From contig JBIIRM010000002.1 of the NCBI GenBank assembly GCA_044341565.1, forward strand, positions 1,812-65,811: DNA of 64,000 nt. The letters run 5' to 3'. Both the position numbers and the translations under genes were made by a program. The DNA comes from Minisyncoccia bacterium (GTDB lineage Bacteria; Patescibacteriota; Minisyncoccia; SW-4-49-11). The notes beneath the pieces were generated by a model that worked only from the letters and a program-made list of their open reading frames with translations, had not been told where the DNA came from and ran no database searches. Shown here in pieces: positions 9,146-19,350 of the stretch; position 1 is the stretch's first letter; each line of letters begins with the position of its first letter.

Positions 9146-9283
9146 ATGGCAGTACCAAAGAAGAGACATAATCATAGTAGAACCGGGAAAAACCGTTCTC
9201 ATCATGCTTTAAAACAAGTAGAAGCAAGAGTACGAGGAGTTTCTCATCGTTTGAAGAAATTTTTGACCCGAACTAATGGATAA
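9146..9283 (+). CDS. rpmF: 50S ribosomal protein L32
   Basis: Below the ORF-track size cut-off. Hand translation gives MAVPKKRHNHSRTGKNRSHHALKQVEARVRGVSHRLKKFLTRTNG*. MAVPKKR...R..HHAL is the L32 signature. Confidence 0.85.
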   Translation: MAVPKKRHNHSRTGKNRSHHALKQVEARVRGVSHRLKKFLTRTNG

Positions 9284-9321
9284 TGTTTAGTTTATAAATC
9301 GTCCTTAAATACCAAAAAAAT

Positions 9322-9756
9322 ATGGCAAATAGGCACTTTATGAGATCAGTAGCAATGCAAACACTGTATCAGATTGATGTTGCTGATTTATGGGAATATG
9401 AACAACTTTGGGATATTATTCAAGAGTCTTTATATCGTTTAGCTGAGGGAATAGAGGATATTTCTTATATTAAAGAGGTTATTTCAGGAGTATTAGAGCA
9501 TCGTACTCAAATTGATGCGGCTATTAGTAAATATGCTACTGGTTGGGTGGTAGAGACTATTGCTCCTGTTGAGCGAAATATTTTGCGTCTTGCAATTTAT
9601 GAAATTGACTACTATCAAGATAAAGATATTCCTCCTAAAGTTGCTATCAATGAAGCTATTGAACTAGCCAAAGCATTTAGTGGACCCGCAGCGGGGAAAT
9701 TTGTCAATGGAATATTAGGAGGATTATATAAGGATAAAGAGCCTATGAGTGTATGA
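9322..9756 (+). CDS. nusB: Transcription antitermination factor NusB
   Basis: 144 aa. R.AMQ.LYQ N-terminus, [22 protein letters not shown]. Confidence 0.85.
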   Translation: MANRHFMRSVAMQTLYQIDVADLWEYEQLWDIIQESLYRLAEGIEDISYIKEVISGVLEHRTQIDAAISKYATGWVVETIAPVERNILRLAIYEIDYYQDKDIPPKVAINEAIELAKAFSGPAAGKFVNGILGGLYKDKEPMSV

Positions 9757-10433
9757 GTAGATTAGCCATACTACAAGAGAAAATTGGATACCATTTTAAG
9801 AATATTGATTTATTAGAGCAAGCTTTAACACATAGATCTTATCTTAATGAAAACCCAGCATTTAAACTTGGCCATAATGAAAGGTTTGAGTTTTATGGGG
9901 ATGCAATATTAGAAGATATTGTTACAGCCTATTTGTTTCATCATTATACTGATAAAAATGAAGGGGAATTAACTAATTTAAGGGCAGCTCTTGTTAGGGG
10001 AGCTCATTTAGCTGAAATAGCTGAGCGCTTGGAATTAGACCAGTATTTAAATATATCTAATGGCGAGCGTAATGATCCAGGAGCAAAATCTTATATTAAT
10101 GCTAATGCAATTGAGGCTTTAATAGCAGCTATTCGACTAGATGGGGGATATGAAGTGGCCCAGAATTTTATTGATACCTTTATTATTCCAGATATCGAGA
10201 TAATTATTAAAGAAAAATTATTTATTGATGCTAAAAGTGTATTTCAAGAAAAAATTCAAGAACAAAAAGGTATTACTCCTCGATATGAAGTTATTACGGA
10301 GAAGGGTCCAGACCATAATAAAATATTTGAAGTGGCAGTATATGTAGAAAATATTGAATATGGAAAAGGTAAAGGTGCTTCTAAACAAAAAGCAGAGCAG
10401 GATGCTGCAAAAAATGCACTTGATAACATATAA
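9753..10433 (+). CDS. rnc: Ribonuclease III
   Basis: [13 protein letters not shown] catalytic motif, [17 protein letters not shown], and a C-terminal dsRBD ([14 protein letters not shown]...[18 protein letters not shown]). 4-nt overlap with nusB. Confidence 0.9.
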   Translation: MSRLAILQEKIGYHFKNIDLLEQALTHRSYLNENPAFKLGHNERFEFYGDAILEDIVTAYLFHHYTDKNEGELTNLRAALVRGAHLAEIAERLELDQYLNISNGERNDPGAKSYINANAIEALIAAIRLDGGYEVAQNFIDTFIIPDIEIIIKEKLFIDAKSVFQEKIQEQKGITPRYEVITEKGPDHNKIFEVAVYVENIEYGKGKGASKQKAEQDAAKNALDNI

Positions 10434-10436
10434 TAT

Positions 10437-10895
10437 ATGCATATAGGATATGATATTGATGGAGTTTTAACAAAGCGTGATTATACTCATGTATCTCGCT
10501 TTGGAATTAGGGGATTTATTGCCTTTTTTCAAGCATATTTCCCCCAAGTGATTAAACGTTGGACATTAAATCAGCCTTTACAAGATGATATAGAAATTGC
10601 CCAAAAAATTTCAAATGAACATACTATTTCTATTATTACGGCAAGACCAGCATCATTCCGCCGTTATACTGCACAATGGTTAAAAAATATTGCAAAAATA
10701 GAATATGATCATTTATATTGTGTAGGGCTTAAGAATGGGTTTTCTGAGCGTAAATTAAAAGTTGCTCAAGATTTGGAAATTGATGTTTTCCTGGATGATA
10801 CCAAAGAGACTATTGAATTATTTGAGGCCAATGGAATTAATGCTCATAAATTTGAAACATGGGCTGAGGTACAAGTCTATCTTAAAACATTATGA
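10437..10895 (+). CDS. HAD-superfamily hydrolase, putative (deoxy)nucleotidase-like
   Basis: N-terminal YDIDGVLT (HAD motif I), SIITARP, FLDDT. Confidence 0.5.
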   Translation: MHIGYDIDGVLTKRDYTHVSRFGIRGFIAFFQAYFPQVIKRWTLNQPLQDDIEIAQKISNEHTISIITARPASFRRYTAQWLKNIAKIEYDHLYCVGLKNGFSERKLKVAQDLEIDVFLDDTKETIELFEANGINAHKFETWAEVQVYLKTL

Positions 10896-11794
10896 CAATA
10901 TTACAAGGTTTTATATTAGGTTTAGTACAAGGTATTACTGAAGTACTCCCTGTATCGAGTACTGCTCATCTTATATTAACGCAAAAATTATTGGGGCTTG
11001 ATAGTATTGGAATTTCATTTGATGTTATGATGAATTTTGGAAGTTTGATTGCAATTATTATTTATTTTAGGGATATATGGCTTGATTTAATTGTGGGAGT
11101 ACTCAATTTTATCAAAATCCGTGTCAGTGTTTGGCTGAGAGCAAGACCTCACATAAAACAATATACCCCAAGATTCAAATCGATGGAAACTCAGTATTCA
11201 TTGGAGACATCATTTTATACACAATCTTTACAATCAGCTAGAACAGCAGTATTTTTAGCCCTAGCTACTCTTCCGGCTCTTTCAATTGGATATATATTAA
11301 AAGATTGGATTGAAAGCTATGCCAGAACCCCATTTGTTATAGCTATTGCTTTGATTATGGGTGCTATTCTTCTTGAAATTGCTGACAGAATAGGAAAAAG
11401 AGAATTAACATTGCATACTATTACTCCAATGAGAGTTTTGATTATTGGATGTACTCAAGTATTATCTCTTATCCCTGGATTTTCCCGTACGGGTTCCACT
11501 ATGACGGGGGGATTATTTGTAGGGCTTAATCGTAAAGATAGTGCAGCCTTTGCTTTTTTATTAGGGGCTCCTGTTATTCTGATTGCAACAATTGCTACAT
11601 TGCCAGATTTTATTGCTGAATATAGTTATTCTGCTGCAAGTGTAATTGCATTTATTACCTCAGGAATTGTTACTTATATTACTATTCATATTTTGTATAC
11701 CATTATACAAAAGCAATCCTTTCGTATTTTTGTTGTGTATCGTATTATTCTTGGTATACTATTATTAGTAGCTATATATAAATCAATATTATGA
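10892..11794 (+). CDS. uppP: Undecaprenyl-diphosphate phosphatase
   Basis: ILGLVQGITEVLPVSSTAHLIL, PGFSRTGSTMTGGL, polytopic membrane protein. Confidence 0.9.
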   Translation: MTILQGFILGLVQGITEVLPVSSTAHLILTQKLLGLDSIGISFDVMMNFGSLIAIIIYFRDIWLDLIVGVLNFIKIRVSVWLRARPHIKQYTPRFKSMETQYSLETSFYTQSLQSARTAVFLALATLPALSIGYILKDWIESYARTPFVIAIALIMGAILLEIADRIGKRELTLHTITPMRVLIIGCTQVLSLIPGFSRTGSTMTGGLFVGLNRKDSAAFAFLLGAPVILIATIATLPDFIAEYSYSAASVIAFITSGIVTYITIHILYTIIQKQSFRIFVVYRIILGILLLVAIYKSIL

Positions 11795-12537
11795 AAACAA
11801 TTGTCTGTAATTGGAAAATGAATCCAAGCTCCATTGAAGAGGTAAATGAAATTGTTGATATTATTGCGGGGAATACTACTTCGGTAGGAAGAGCCGAGCT
11901 TATTATATTGCCTCCAAGTATTTATATATCTACCTTACAGCAATATCAATCTCGTTTATTTGCATCTCTGGGGGTACAGGATATTTCCTCTCAAGCCTCT
12001 GGAGCTTATACAGGACAGCTTTCAGCAGAAATGGTATATAATCTGGGACTCGAATATGCTCTTATTGGGCATTCTGAGACAAGAATATATCAACATTATA
12101 CTACTCAGGATATAGCAGATAAACTTACTCAGGTTCTTACACATAATCTTATTCCTATTCTTTGTGTGGGGTATGAAGAAAATCCTAATTTAGAGGAAGT
12201 AAATACAGATACAATAAAACAAGAATTATATGACATTATTGAACCCAATAAAGAATTATTAGCGGGGAAACATATTATTATTGCTTATGAGCCAATTTGG
12301 GCTATCGGTACTGGAAAAACGCCAAGTCTTGAGAGTATTGAGACTGTGAGTATTTTTATTAAGCGTATGGTTTTGGATATTTTAACTCCAGAGTCTCAAA
12401 ATACAGTGGCGGTATTATATGGAGGTAGTGTGAATAAAGACAATATACAGGAATTATCATCGATTCCTTCAGTGTCAGGTTTTTTGATAGGGGGAGCTTC
12501 TCTTGATAAGGAGCAAATCCCTATTTTATTAGGATAA
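11791..12537 (+). CDS. tpiA: Triosephosphate isomerase
   Basis: CNWKMN, IGHSETR, AYEPIWAIGTGKT, YGGSV. Confidence 0.9.
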   Translation: MKTIVCNWKMNPSSIEEVNEIVDIIAGNTTSVGRAELIILPPSIYISTLQQYQSRLFASLGVQDISSQASGAYTGQLSAEMVYNLGLEYALIGHSETRIYQHYTTQDIADKLTQVLTHNLIPILCVGYEENPNLEEVNTDTIKQELYDIIEPNKELLAGKHIIIAYEPIWAIGTGKTPSLESIETVSIFIKRMVLDILTPESQNTVAVLYGGSVNKDNIQELSSIPSVSGFLIGGASLDKEQIPILLG

Positions 12538-12594
12538 CAGATTGAGTGTTCCGTAATACTATGTTATGCTAACAGTATAGTTAATATAAGAAGT

Positions 12595-12999
12595 ATGAAA
12601 ATAGATATTATTACTCAAACTCAAGAAAATACCGATTATCGTAAAGTTATTGCAACCGGAGCCGACAGTCAATTAGTATTAATGAGTTTAGCCCCAGGAG
12701 AAGATATTGGAGAAGAGGTATATGGTGAAATAGATCAAATTACTGTGGTTGTGGATGGTACAGGTAGGCTTGAAATACCTGGGGAAGAAGATGATGGAAT
12801 TGAAGTAGGAGATTTAATTTTTACTCCAGCGGGGATACAACATAATATTATTAATGATTCTGAAGGGGGTTTAAAATTATATACTATTTATGCTCCTCCA
12901 GAACATGAACCTGGAGAAGTATTAGAAAAACAAGAAGAAGATTTAAGTGAAATTGAACAGGAAGAATTAGATGAAGTTTTAGATCAATTTGATGAATAA
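12595..12999 (+). CDS. Cupin-domain protein with acidic C-terminal tail
   Basis: Cupin_2-like core (GEDIGEEVYGEIDQITVVVDGTG...IFTPAGIQHNIIN). E/D-rich tail. Confidence 0.6.
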   Translation: MKIDIITQTQENTDYRKVIATGADSQLVLMSLAPGEDIGEEVYGEIDQITVVVDGTGRLEIPGEEDDGIEVGDLIFTPAGIQHNIINDSEGGLKLYTIYAPPEHEPGEVLEKQEEDLSEIEQEELDEVLDQFDE

Positions 13000-13002
13000 T
13001 AT

Positions 13003-13662
13003 ATGCATATACTCATCATAGAAGATGAAGCTGAAATAGCCAATACCCTTAAAATTTATTTAGAAAAACAAGGGTATGCTGTTGATATACGCTATGATGG
13101 AGATATGGGATTTTCAGCTTTAAAGTTGAATCAATATGATTGTTGTCTGTTAGATTTGAATTTACCTGGTAAAGATGGTATGGCAATTATTCATGATATC
13201 AGGGAGCTTGGGAATTTAATTCCAATTATTATGCTTACCGCCCGTTCTCAAATATATGATAAATTAGATGGATTTAAGCATGGGGCAGATGATTATATTA
13301 CCAAGCCCTTTCATTTGGCTGAAGTATTAGCTCGAATAGAGGCAGTTATACGAAGATTTTCAGACAATAAGCATACTCAATTAACTCTTGCTCAATATGA
13401 GATTATCCCTCATCAAAATCGAGTAATAGGGGATAATAAAACCATTGAGCTCTCAACTAAAGAGATGAGATTACTAGAATATTTAGTCCGTAATCAAAAT
13501 CGAATTATATCAGCAGAAGAATTATTAGAGCATGTATGGGATGATTCAGTAGATATGTTTTCTGATACGGTAAAAACTCATATCAAAACTCTAAGGCGTA
13601 AAATTGATCCTAATAAAACCTTAATCAAAACGGTAAAAGGAAAAGGCTATGGAATAATCTAG
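13003..13662 (+). CDS. OmpR-family DNA-binding response regulator
   Basis: Receiver domain (ILIIEDE, LLDLNLPGKDG, ITKP) plus a winged-helix output (LSTKEMRLLEYL...VKGKGYGI). Confidence 0.9.
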   Translation: MHILIIEDEAEIANTLKIYLEKQGYAVDIRYDGDMGFSALKLNQYDCCLLDLNLPGKDGMAIIHDIRELGNLIPIIMLTARSQIYDKLDGFKHGADDYITKPFHLAEVLARIEAVIRRFSDNKHTQLTLAQYEIIPHQNRVIGDNKTIELSTKEMRLLEYLVRNQNRIISAEELLEHVWDDSVDMFSDTVKTHIKTLRRKIDPNKTLIKTVKGKGYGII

Positions 13663-13779
13663 GATTCATTATTGAGCATATTGATATATTTGTGTTTTTC
13701 TTCACGTTGGCTTCACTCATATAGGTATATTCTATAAATAGAATCACAAGATGATTCAATAATAACTAAGGATACCAAT

Positions 13780-13935
13780 ATGAGATACCAGAAGCAATTT
13801 GTTCAACAAAAGGTTAGGGTACTCGGGATGGCATCACATCTTAAGCTAACTAATCATAGATCAAGTATAGGTTCACATACGATGATCAAAAAAGATGGTG
13901 CCGAAAGAGTATTCAAAGGCAAACATAGGTATTAG
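13780..13935 (+). CDS. Hypothetical small basic protein (51 aa) inside the RR-HK spacer. It may instead be part of a non-coding RNA.
   Basis: Hand translation gives MRYQKQFVQQKVRVLGMASHLKLTNHRSSIGSHTMIKKDGAERVFKGKHRY*. AAGGA lies 7 nt upstream of the ATG. No recognisable family. Confidence 0.25.
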   Translation: MRYQKQFVQQKVRVLGMASHLKLTNHRSSIGSHTMIKKDGAERVFKGKHRY

Positions 13936-14010
13936 AGGTCAACCTTGATCTAATACAATTAAAGTACTTTGCACCTTATTCACACAATAACAATTAAATC
14001 ATATTATCAC

Positions 14011-14026
14011 TATCTGATATCAGATA
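14011..14026. repeat. Perfect 16-bp palindrome TATCTGATATCAGATA
   Basis: Self-complementary by inspection. Located about 90 nt upstream of the histidine kinase start. Function unknown; it could be an operator or an RNA hairpin. Confidence 0.9.
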
Positions 14027-14069
14027 TATATACTCCTAAGTGGAGAAAAGCTGTTTAGCAAATAGAAAA

Positions 14070-14097
14070 AGAGAAGTTTAAACCTTCTCTCTTTTCT
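14070..14097 (+). terminator. Intrinsic terminator-like hairpin ending the RR-HK spacer unit
   Basis: AGAGAAG-tttaaac-CTTCTCT, followed by CTTTTCTGTGTT. Confidence 0.5.
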
Positions 14098-14114
14098 GTG
14101 TTATAATTCACAAT

Positions 14115-15260
14115 ATGTCTCAATATATTCACACATTACAATTTCGACTCACCATGTATTATACAGGACTTTTTGTTCTGTTGAGTCTTATTGTACTGAT
14201 AACATTGAATGTATTGGCAGCAAGATATTATCAGCAAACTGAATTAGGTTTAGATGGATTATCTGAATACAGTAATGTTTTTTCTGGATTTGAAGATGGA
14301 AGTTTCCCTCAAGATAAATTTATTGAAGTTATTCGTGAAATTCGTGAGCAAGATTTATCTACGATTCGCCGCAGTTCATTTTTTATATTTGCAATTCTTG
14401 TAGGGTTATCTTTAGCGGGGGGGAATGCTATATCAGCCCAAGTGTTAAGCCCTATAAAAGATATTAATAAACAAATTAAAGCAATTCAAGCTGAGTCAAT
14501 TGAAAAAATAACATATCCTCATTTAGACGAAGAATTACAAGAACTCATCTCATCAATTAATGAGATGCTTTTGCGTTTGGGGAAAAGTTTTCGCTCACAA
14601 AAGGAATTTATTGAATTTGCCTCTCATGAGCTCAAAACTCCATTATCTGTAATGATGGCAAAAACTGATTTAGTATTAGCAGATACCAAATTAGGCAAAG
14701 ACAACACGGTATTATTACAGGGAATACAAACTAAAATTGATTATCTCAATGATTTAATTAATGATTTATCTTTATTATCTTTATCAAAAGAACATTTGCA
14801 ATTTGAATCGATAAGTATACAGTCAATTTTAGATACCGTTATACATAATGTACAAGCAAAAGCTAAGTTAAAAGATATTACCATTACTATTACAGGTAAA
14901 AAGCTTAATACAACTTTACCCCTAGTACCCATTTTGATTACTCAAGCGGTAGAGAATATTATAGAAAATGCTATTCAATATTCTAGTAAAGGGGGTACAA
15001 TTATTATTGATACCCAAATTTATAAAAAATTCTTTACTATGCGTATTCAAGATACGGGTATTGGAATTCCAGAAAATGTTATACATCGTATTTTTGATAA
15101 ATTTTATCGAGTAGATGCATCAAGATCCAGGCATACTGGAGGTAGGGGACTAGGGCTAACCCTTACCAAAGCAATTATAGAATTACATAATGGAACTATT
15201 CGAGTTGAATCTGAGGAAGGTAAGGGAACAGTATTTACTCTACATATCCCAATTGGCTAA
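14115..15260 (+). CDS. Sensor histidine kinase (two TM segments, HAMP-like, HisKA, HATPase_c)
   Basis: FASHELKTPLS (H-box), N-box ENAIQYS, DTGIGIP, GGRGLGLTL. Confidence 0.9.
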   Translation: MSQYIHTLQFRLTMYYTGLFVLLSLIVLITLNVLAARYYQQTELGLDGLSEYSNVFSGFEDGSFPQDKFIEVIREIREQDLSTIRRSSFFIFAILVGLSLAGGNAISAQVLSPIKDINKQIKAIQAESIEKITYPHLDEELQELISSINEMLLRLGKSFRSQKEFIEFASHELKTPLSVMMAKTDLVLADTKLGKDNTVLLQGIQTKIDYLNDLINDLSLLSLSKEHLQFESISIQSILDTVIHNVQAKAKLKDITITITGKKLNTTLPLVPILITQAVENIIENAIQYSSKGGTIIIDTQIYKKFFTMRIQDTGIGIPENVIHRIFDKFYRVDASRSRHTGGRGLGLTLTKAIIELHNGTIRVESEEGKGTVFTLHIPIG

Positions 15261-15265
15261 TAGTA

Positions 15266-16084
15266 TTAGCGACTAGATATAAGAGACTTATACAAAAGTA
15301 TTCCAAAAAATAGTATTGCATTGATAGTTACAATAGTAGCTCCCGTTGGGATATTTCCAATAAAAGAAATAATAATTCCAATCAGTATACTAATAAGGGC
15401 AATAATAATAGCAAAAATAATAGTTTGCTGAAAACTTTTTGCAATTTGTAAACTAGAACTTGCAGGAAGAATAAGTAAAGCTGAAATTAATAATGCACCA
15501 GCTAATTTGATACTCATAATAACGGTAAGAGCAGTAATAATAGAGAATACTATATCTAATCTAGATACGGGAAGCCCACTAATTTTAGCTTGTTCGGTAT
15601 TAAATGAAATTGCTACAAATTCTTGATAAAAAAGGATAATAATAGATAGTATAGAAATTGATCCAATAATAGCAAATATCAATTCCTGCTGATTAATAGC
15701 TAAAATATTACCAAAAAGATAGCTAAAAATATCAATATTAAATCCTGTGGTAATACTTGATATAATAACTCCAATAGCAAGTCCAAGAGATGCGAGTATT
15801 CCAATAATAGCATCTCCTTCAATAATATTATTCCGAGTGAGAGTATAAATAATAAGAGATGCAATAATCACAAGGGGGATAGCAACAAATAAGGGATATA
15901 TGCCAAAAGCAATACCAATAGCAATTGCTCCAAAACTAATATGAGCAAGACCATCTCCAATTAGAGACATTTTACGAAGTACCAGAAATACCCCAAGAAC
16001 TGCACAAACAAGCCCAAGGAAAAACCCGGCAATAATAGCCTGCTCAACGAATTGATATTGTAAGAGGTTAATAAGATTATTCAT
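15266..16084 (-). CDS. Metal (Zn/Mn-type) ABC transporter permease, ABC-3 family
   Basis: Polytopic membrane protein in the ZnuB/MntB-like family. The track ORF extends to 16120, but the ATG at 16084 (MNNLINLLQYQF) gives only an 8-nt overlap with the upstream ATPase gene and is preferred. Confidence 0.8.
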   Translation of the reverse strand: MNNLINLLQYQFVEQAIIAGFFLGLVCAVLGVFLVLRKMSLIGDGLAHISFGAIAIGIAFGIYPLFVAIPLVIIASLIIYTLTRNNIIEGDAIIGILASLGLAIGVIISSITTGFNIDIFSYLFGNILAINQQELIFAIIGSISILSIIILFYQEFVAISFNTEQAKISGLPVSRLDIVFSIITALTVIMSIKLAGALLISALLILPASSSLQIAKSFQQTIIFAIIIALISILIGIIISFIGNIPTGATIVTINAILFFGILLYKSLISSR

Positions 16085-16826
16085 GTTGATGACAAATAAG
16101 ATGTTTTGACCCCTCTCCAAAATAATTACTCATGGAATCAGATTCGCAAAATTCATGAAAGTCCCCCCAAAAGATAATATGAGTATCAATGAGAAGAATT
16201 TTATCAGCATAATTTCCAATATCATTAGTATCATGCGTGATAAGGAGAATAGTTAAACCTTGTTTATGAAGTTTACTAATTTGCTCATAAAAGGTATTTC
16301 TAATTTCAGGATCAAGAGCATTGGTGGGCTCATCGAGAATTAATACCTTTGGTTTTGATACCAGAGCTTTTGCTAGCCATACTCTTTGCCTTTGACCTCC
16401 TGATAAATCATGAATAGAGGTTTTTGCTAAATCCTGTATATCAAGAGATTTGAGAGTTTCATGAATAGTTTGTATATTATCTTTGCTAAGTATACGAGGC
16501 CAAGAAAGGGTCGAAATCAGCCCTAGGGACACGATTTCCTCTACTGTCGCAGGGAATTGATGAGAATATTGATTTAAAGATTGAGGTACATACCCTATAT
16601 AATTCCAATTATGAAAATTAGCAAGGGGTTTATCCCAAAGCTTAATAGAACCCGTATAGGGATTTAGATTTAATATGGTACGAATAAGAGTAGATTTTCC
16701 TGCTCCATTTGGACCGGTAATACCAATAAAATCACCTTGTTTAATATCAAGGCTAATACTCTGTAATATCTGACTTATGCCAAATGATACAGAGACATTA
16801 TCAAGGGATATAATACTATTCTTCAT
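16077..16826 (-). CDS. Metal ABC transporter ATP-binding protein (ZnuC-like)
   Basis: Walker A GPNGAGKST, signature LSGGQRQR, Walker B LILDEPT. Confidence 0.9.
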   Translation of the reverse strand: MKNSIISLDNVSVSFGISQILQSISLDIKQGDFIGITGPNGAGKSTLIRTILNLNPYTGSIKLWDKPLANFHNWNYIGYVPQSLNQYSHQFPATVEEIVSLGLISTLSWPRILSKDNIQTIHETLKSLDIQDLAKTSIHDLSGGQRQRVWLAKALVSKPKVLILDEPTNALDPEIRNTFYEQISKLHKQGLTILLITHDTNDIGNYADKILLIDTHIIFWGDFHEFCESDSMSNYFGEGSKHLICHQHE

Positions 16827-16843
16827 TGAGATAAGTATAGCAT

Positions 16844-17845
16844 TTATTTACAATCAAGCCCAGCACGTAAATTCTCTAGATTTTCTCGCATAATATCAAT
16901 AAAAGATATTCCAGATTTGAATTGATCAGATGTGATATTATGTGCACCATTGAGTAATAATATTGGGACTCCCGTTTCATCTGATATAGTCTTTGCGATA
17001 CGAGGTTCAATTAATTCTTCACTAAATACGGCCTTGGATTTTTCTTCCTTAACTTCATCAATTAGCATTGCAATATCTTTAGCTGAAGTATCACTATTAG
17101 GGCTTAATTCTTCCGTGGTAATATATTCAAGATTATATTTACGAGCTAAATATTCGAATGTCCTATGTCCAGCTTGAATAATAGTTTTATTTGTACAAGT
17201 TGAGAGAGTATTAGTATAATCTGTATCAAGTTGAGTTAAATTTTGTATTAATTTCTCTGTATTTTGACTTAATAGACTATTATCTATGATATTTTTTGAG
17301 GATACAGTATCAGAAATTGTCTTTGTTGCGATAATAGTATTATTAAAGTCTAACCAGAAATGAGGATCTATAGCAGATTTTCCATCCTTATTGTCATTAT
17401 GTTCCTCATCATGATGATTATCATGCCCGTGGTCATGACTGTGATTCTCGGAAGACTCAATAAGGGGAATATTTTTACTTGCATCAATAACTGTTACTGA
17501 TTGTGGTAGATTGCTAATAATATCTTTTACCCAAGGCTCCATATACTCACCAGTATAGATGAATATATCTGCTTCTTGAATTTTGATAATATCCTGCGGA
17601 GTCGGCTCAAAGGAATGAGGCTCTATGCCAGGGGGTAGTAGAAGAGATATATTAGCCTTATCTCCTATTAAGATTTTGGTAATATCATAGAAGGGGAATA
17701 AAGTAGTTACAATAACGGGTTTTTGTGCTTGGTTCGGAATTTGTGTAGTATTTGTGGATGTATTTTGGGGTCTATTGATTGCAAATACGGCTGCTACCCC
17801 TAATAGGAGGAGAGTAATGATTAATATGAAGCGAGATAATTTCAT
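16844..17845 (-). CDS. Metal ABC transporter substrate-binding protein (ZnuA-like, His-rich loop)
   Basis: Start reassigned to the ATG at 17845 (MKLSRFILIITLLLLGVAAVFA signal/anchor). ZnuA-type His/Asp loop HSHDHGHDNHHDEEHND. DPHFWLD motif. Confidence 0.85.
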   Translation of the reverse strand: MKLSRFILIITLLLLGVAAVFAINRPQNTSTNTTQIPNQAQKPVIVTTLFPFYDITKILIGDKANISLLLPPGIEPHSFEPTPQDIIKIQEADIFIYTGEYMEPWVKDIISNLPQSVTVIDASKNIPLIESSENHSHDHGHDNHHDEEHNDNKDGKSAIDPHFWLDFNNTIIATKTISDTVSSKNIIDNSLLSQNTEKLIQNLTQLDTDYTNTLSTCTNKTIIQAGHRTFEYLARKYNLEYITTEELSPNSDTSAKDIAMLIDEVKEEKSKAVFSEELIEPRIAKTISDETGVPILLLNGAHNITSDQFKSGISFIDIMRENLENLRAGLDCK

Positions 17846-17963
17846 TATGTTAGAATTACTAATATAAATATAGTATATACTAGTTGCAAATGATTTGCAA
17901 CTAGTTGAATTGGACTCTGATGAAGTATATGATAGAATAAGTATAAGATTCAATATAATATAT

Positions 17964-18356
17964 ATGATTAATAAAAATAAAAAAGGATTTACCTTATTAG
18001 AAATAATACTCACAATTACTGCAATTGGGATATTATCGGCAATAGCTTTGGTGGCATTAAACCCGAATAAACAATTAGAGGCGGGAAAAGCGGTTAAAAG
18101 AAAAGCAGATATGGATGCTATTGCAAAGGCAATAGAGCAATATGTTGTCAATAATCGGGGACAATATCCACCAGCCCTACAATCTGTAGTGACAGGAGGA
18201 ACGGTAGGATTATGTGCTACAAATCCTTGTACAGGAGGTATAGATTTGACTACAGATCTAGACCCCTATATAGCAGCTATACCATTACCTGATATAGGTC
18301 AATATACTATTACTAAAACAGCCGCAGGTATTATATTGGAATATTCGTCTTTCTGA
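17964..18356 (+). CDS. Type IV pilin-like protein (prepilin N-terminal methylation domain)
   Basis: Start reassigned to the ATG at 17964: MINKNKKGFTLLEIILTITAIGILSAIALVALNPNKQ. The N-terminal 70 aa are clearly related to the N-terminus of the 6864 gene. Confidence 0.8.
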   Translation: MINKNKKGFTLLEIILTITAIGILSAIALVALNPNKQLEAGKAVKRKADMDAIAKAIEQYVVNNRGQYPPALQSVVTGGTVGLCATNPCTGGIDLTTDLDPYIAAIPLPDIGQYTITKTAAGIILEYSSF

Positions 18357-18415
18357 TATAATTTTAACTAATATAATCAGATAAATCTTTTCAATCATAT
18401 GATATACTATATTAT

Positions 18416-19051
18416 ATGATTGTATTTATTCGAAGAAGTATAGGTATTCTAATTATCGGAGCTATAATTTTTATTGCATATACGAATGCTTCAATTTCCC
18501 ATGACCCTATACCATTTATTAAAAATAAAGCAGATGATTTAAAAGATCATAAGGTGGGTTTGGTATTAGGAACCAGTGAGCGTATGATTGGGGGAGGGGA
18601 TAATCCCTATTTCGTCAATCGTATTGAGGCAGCAGTAGAATTATATCAAAAAGGTAAAATCAAAAAGATTTTAGTAAGTGGAGATAATGCAGATATCTCT
18701 TATAATGAGCCTAAGGCAATGCAAACAGCATTATTGGAGCGGGGTATTCCTAAGGAGGATATAGTACTCGATTATGCGGGATTTCGTACTCTTGACTCTG
18801 TAGTACGCTCCCGAGATATATTTGGGCAAAATGATATTGTTATTATTTCTCAGGAATTTCATATCAAAAGAGCAGTATATATTGCCCGAACTTTGGGCAT
18901 TGATGCAGAGGGATTTGTCGCAAAAGGAGTTCCAGTAAAATCGAGTATTCGTACACAGGCACGAGAAATTCTGGCTCGAACTCAGGCATGGACTGATATA
19001 CATATCTTGAATCGGCAACCTAAATTCCTTGGAGAAAAAGAAGTCATATAA
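18416..19051 (+). CDS. SanA/YdcF (DUF218) family membrane-anchored protein
   Basis: N-terminal TM; VLGTS...NPYFVNRIEAAVELYQKGKIKKILVSGDN...YNEP; ISQEFHIKRA. Confidence 0.75.
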   Translation: MIVFIRRSIGILIIGAIIFIAYTNASISHDPIPFIKNKADDLKDHKVGLVLGTSERMIGGGDNPYFVNRIEAAVELYQKGKIKKILVSGDNADISYNEPKAMQTALLERGIPKEDIVLDYAGFRTLDSVVRSRDIFGQNDIVIISQEFHIKRAVYIARTLGIDAEGFVAKGVPVKSSIRTQAREILARTQAWTDIHILNRQPKFLGEKEVI

Positions 19052-19053
19052 AC

Positions 19054-19080
19054 AAAAAGAAGTATCTGATACTCCTTTTT
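19054..19080. terminator. Bidirectional intrinsic terminator between convergent genes
   Basis: AAAAAGAAGTAT-ctg-ATACTCCTTTTT: a hairpin flanked by an A-tract and a T-tract. Confidence 0.45.
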
Positions 19081-19087
19081 GTTAGCT

Positions 19088-19288
19088 TTAGACAGCTAAG
19101 CTTTTATTAATAGTTCGCATACAAGTAGTACAAGCTTTTACTTTAGTTCCATCAGGAAGAGTATAGGGCTGTACATTTACTTTTTGAGTATGCTTACTAG
19201 TAGGATTATAATTACCACGTAAAAGTTTACGCTTGGTTACAACCATCGCTTTTTTTGAACAAATTGGTAATTCACATCGTCGAGACAT
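19088..19288 (-). CDS. rpmB: 50S ribosomal protein L28
   Basis: MSRRCELPICSKKAMVVTKRKLLRGNYNPTSKHTQKVNVQ...KVKACTTCMRT has the L28 pattern. Confidence 0.8.
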   Translation of the reverse strand: MSRRCELPICSKKAMVVTKRKLLRGNYNPTSKHTQKVNVQPYTLPDGTKVKACTTCMRTINKSLAV

Positions 19289-19350
19289 ACTATAAAGTTA
19301 ACGGTATTATTGAGATTGATGACAAAATATGGTATTATTATACCTGTTAG

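Noticed and set aside
17846-18151. 102-codon upstream extension of the ZnuA-like ORF. Similar extensions occur on the pilin ORF (17895-17963), the Wzz-like ORF (40972-41049), the pilB ORF (57396-57428) and the pilN-like ORF (56113-56175).
   Set aside because: The extensions are low-complexity translations of AT-rich intergenic or promoter DNA, or overlap the neighbouring gene. Internal ATGs give canonical N-termini (signal peptide, prepilin motif, and so on).
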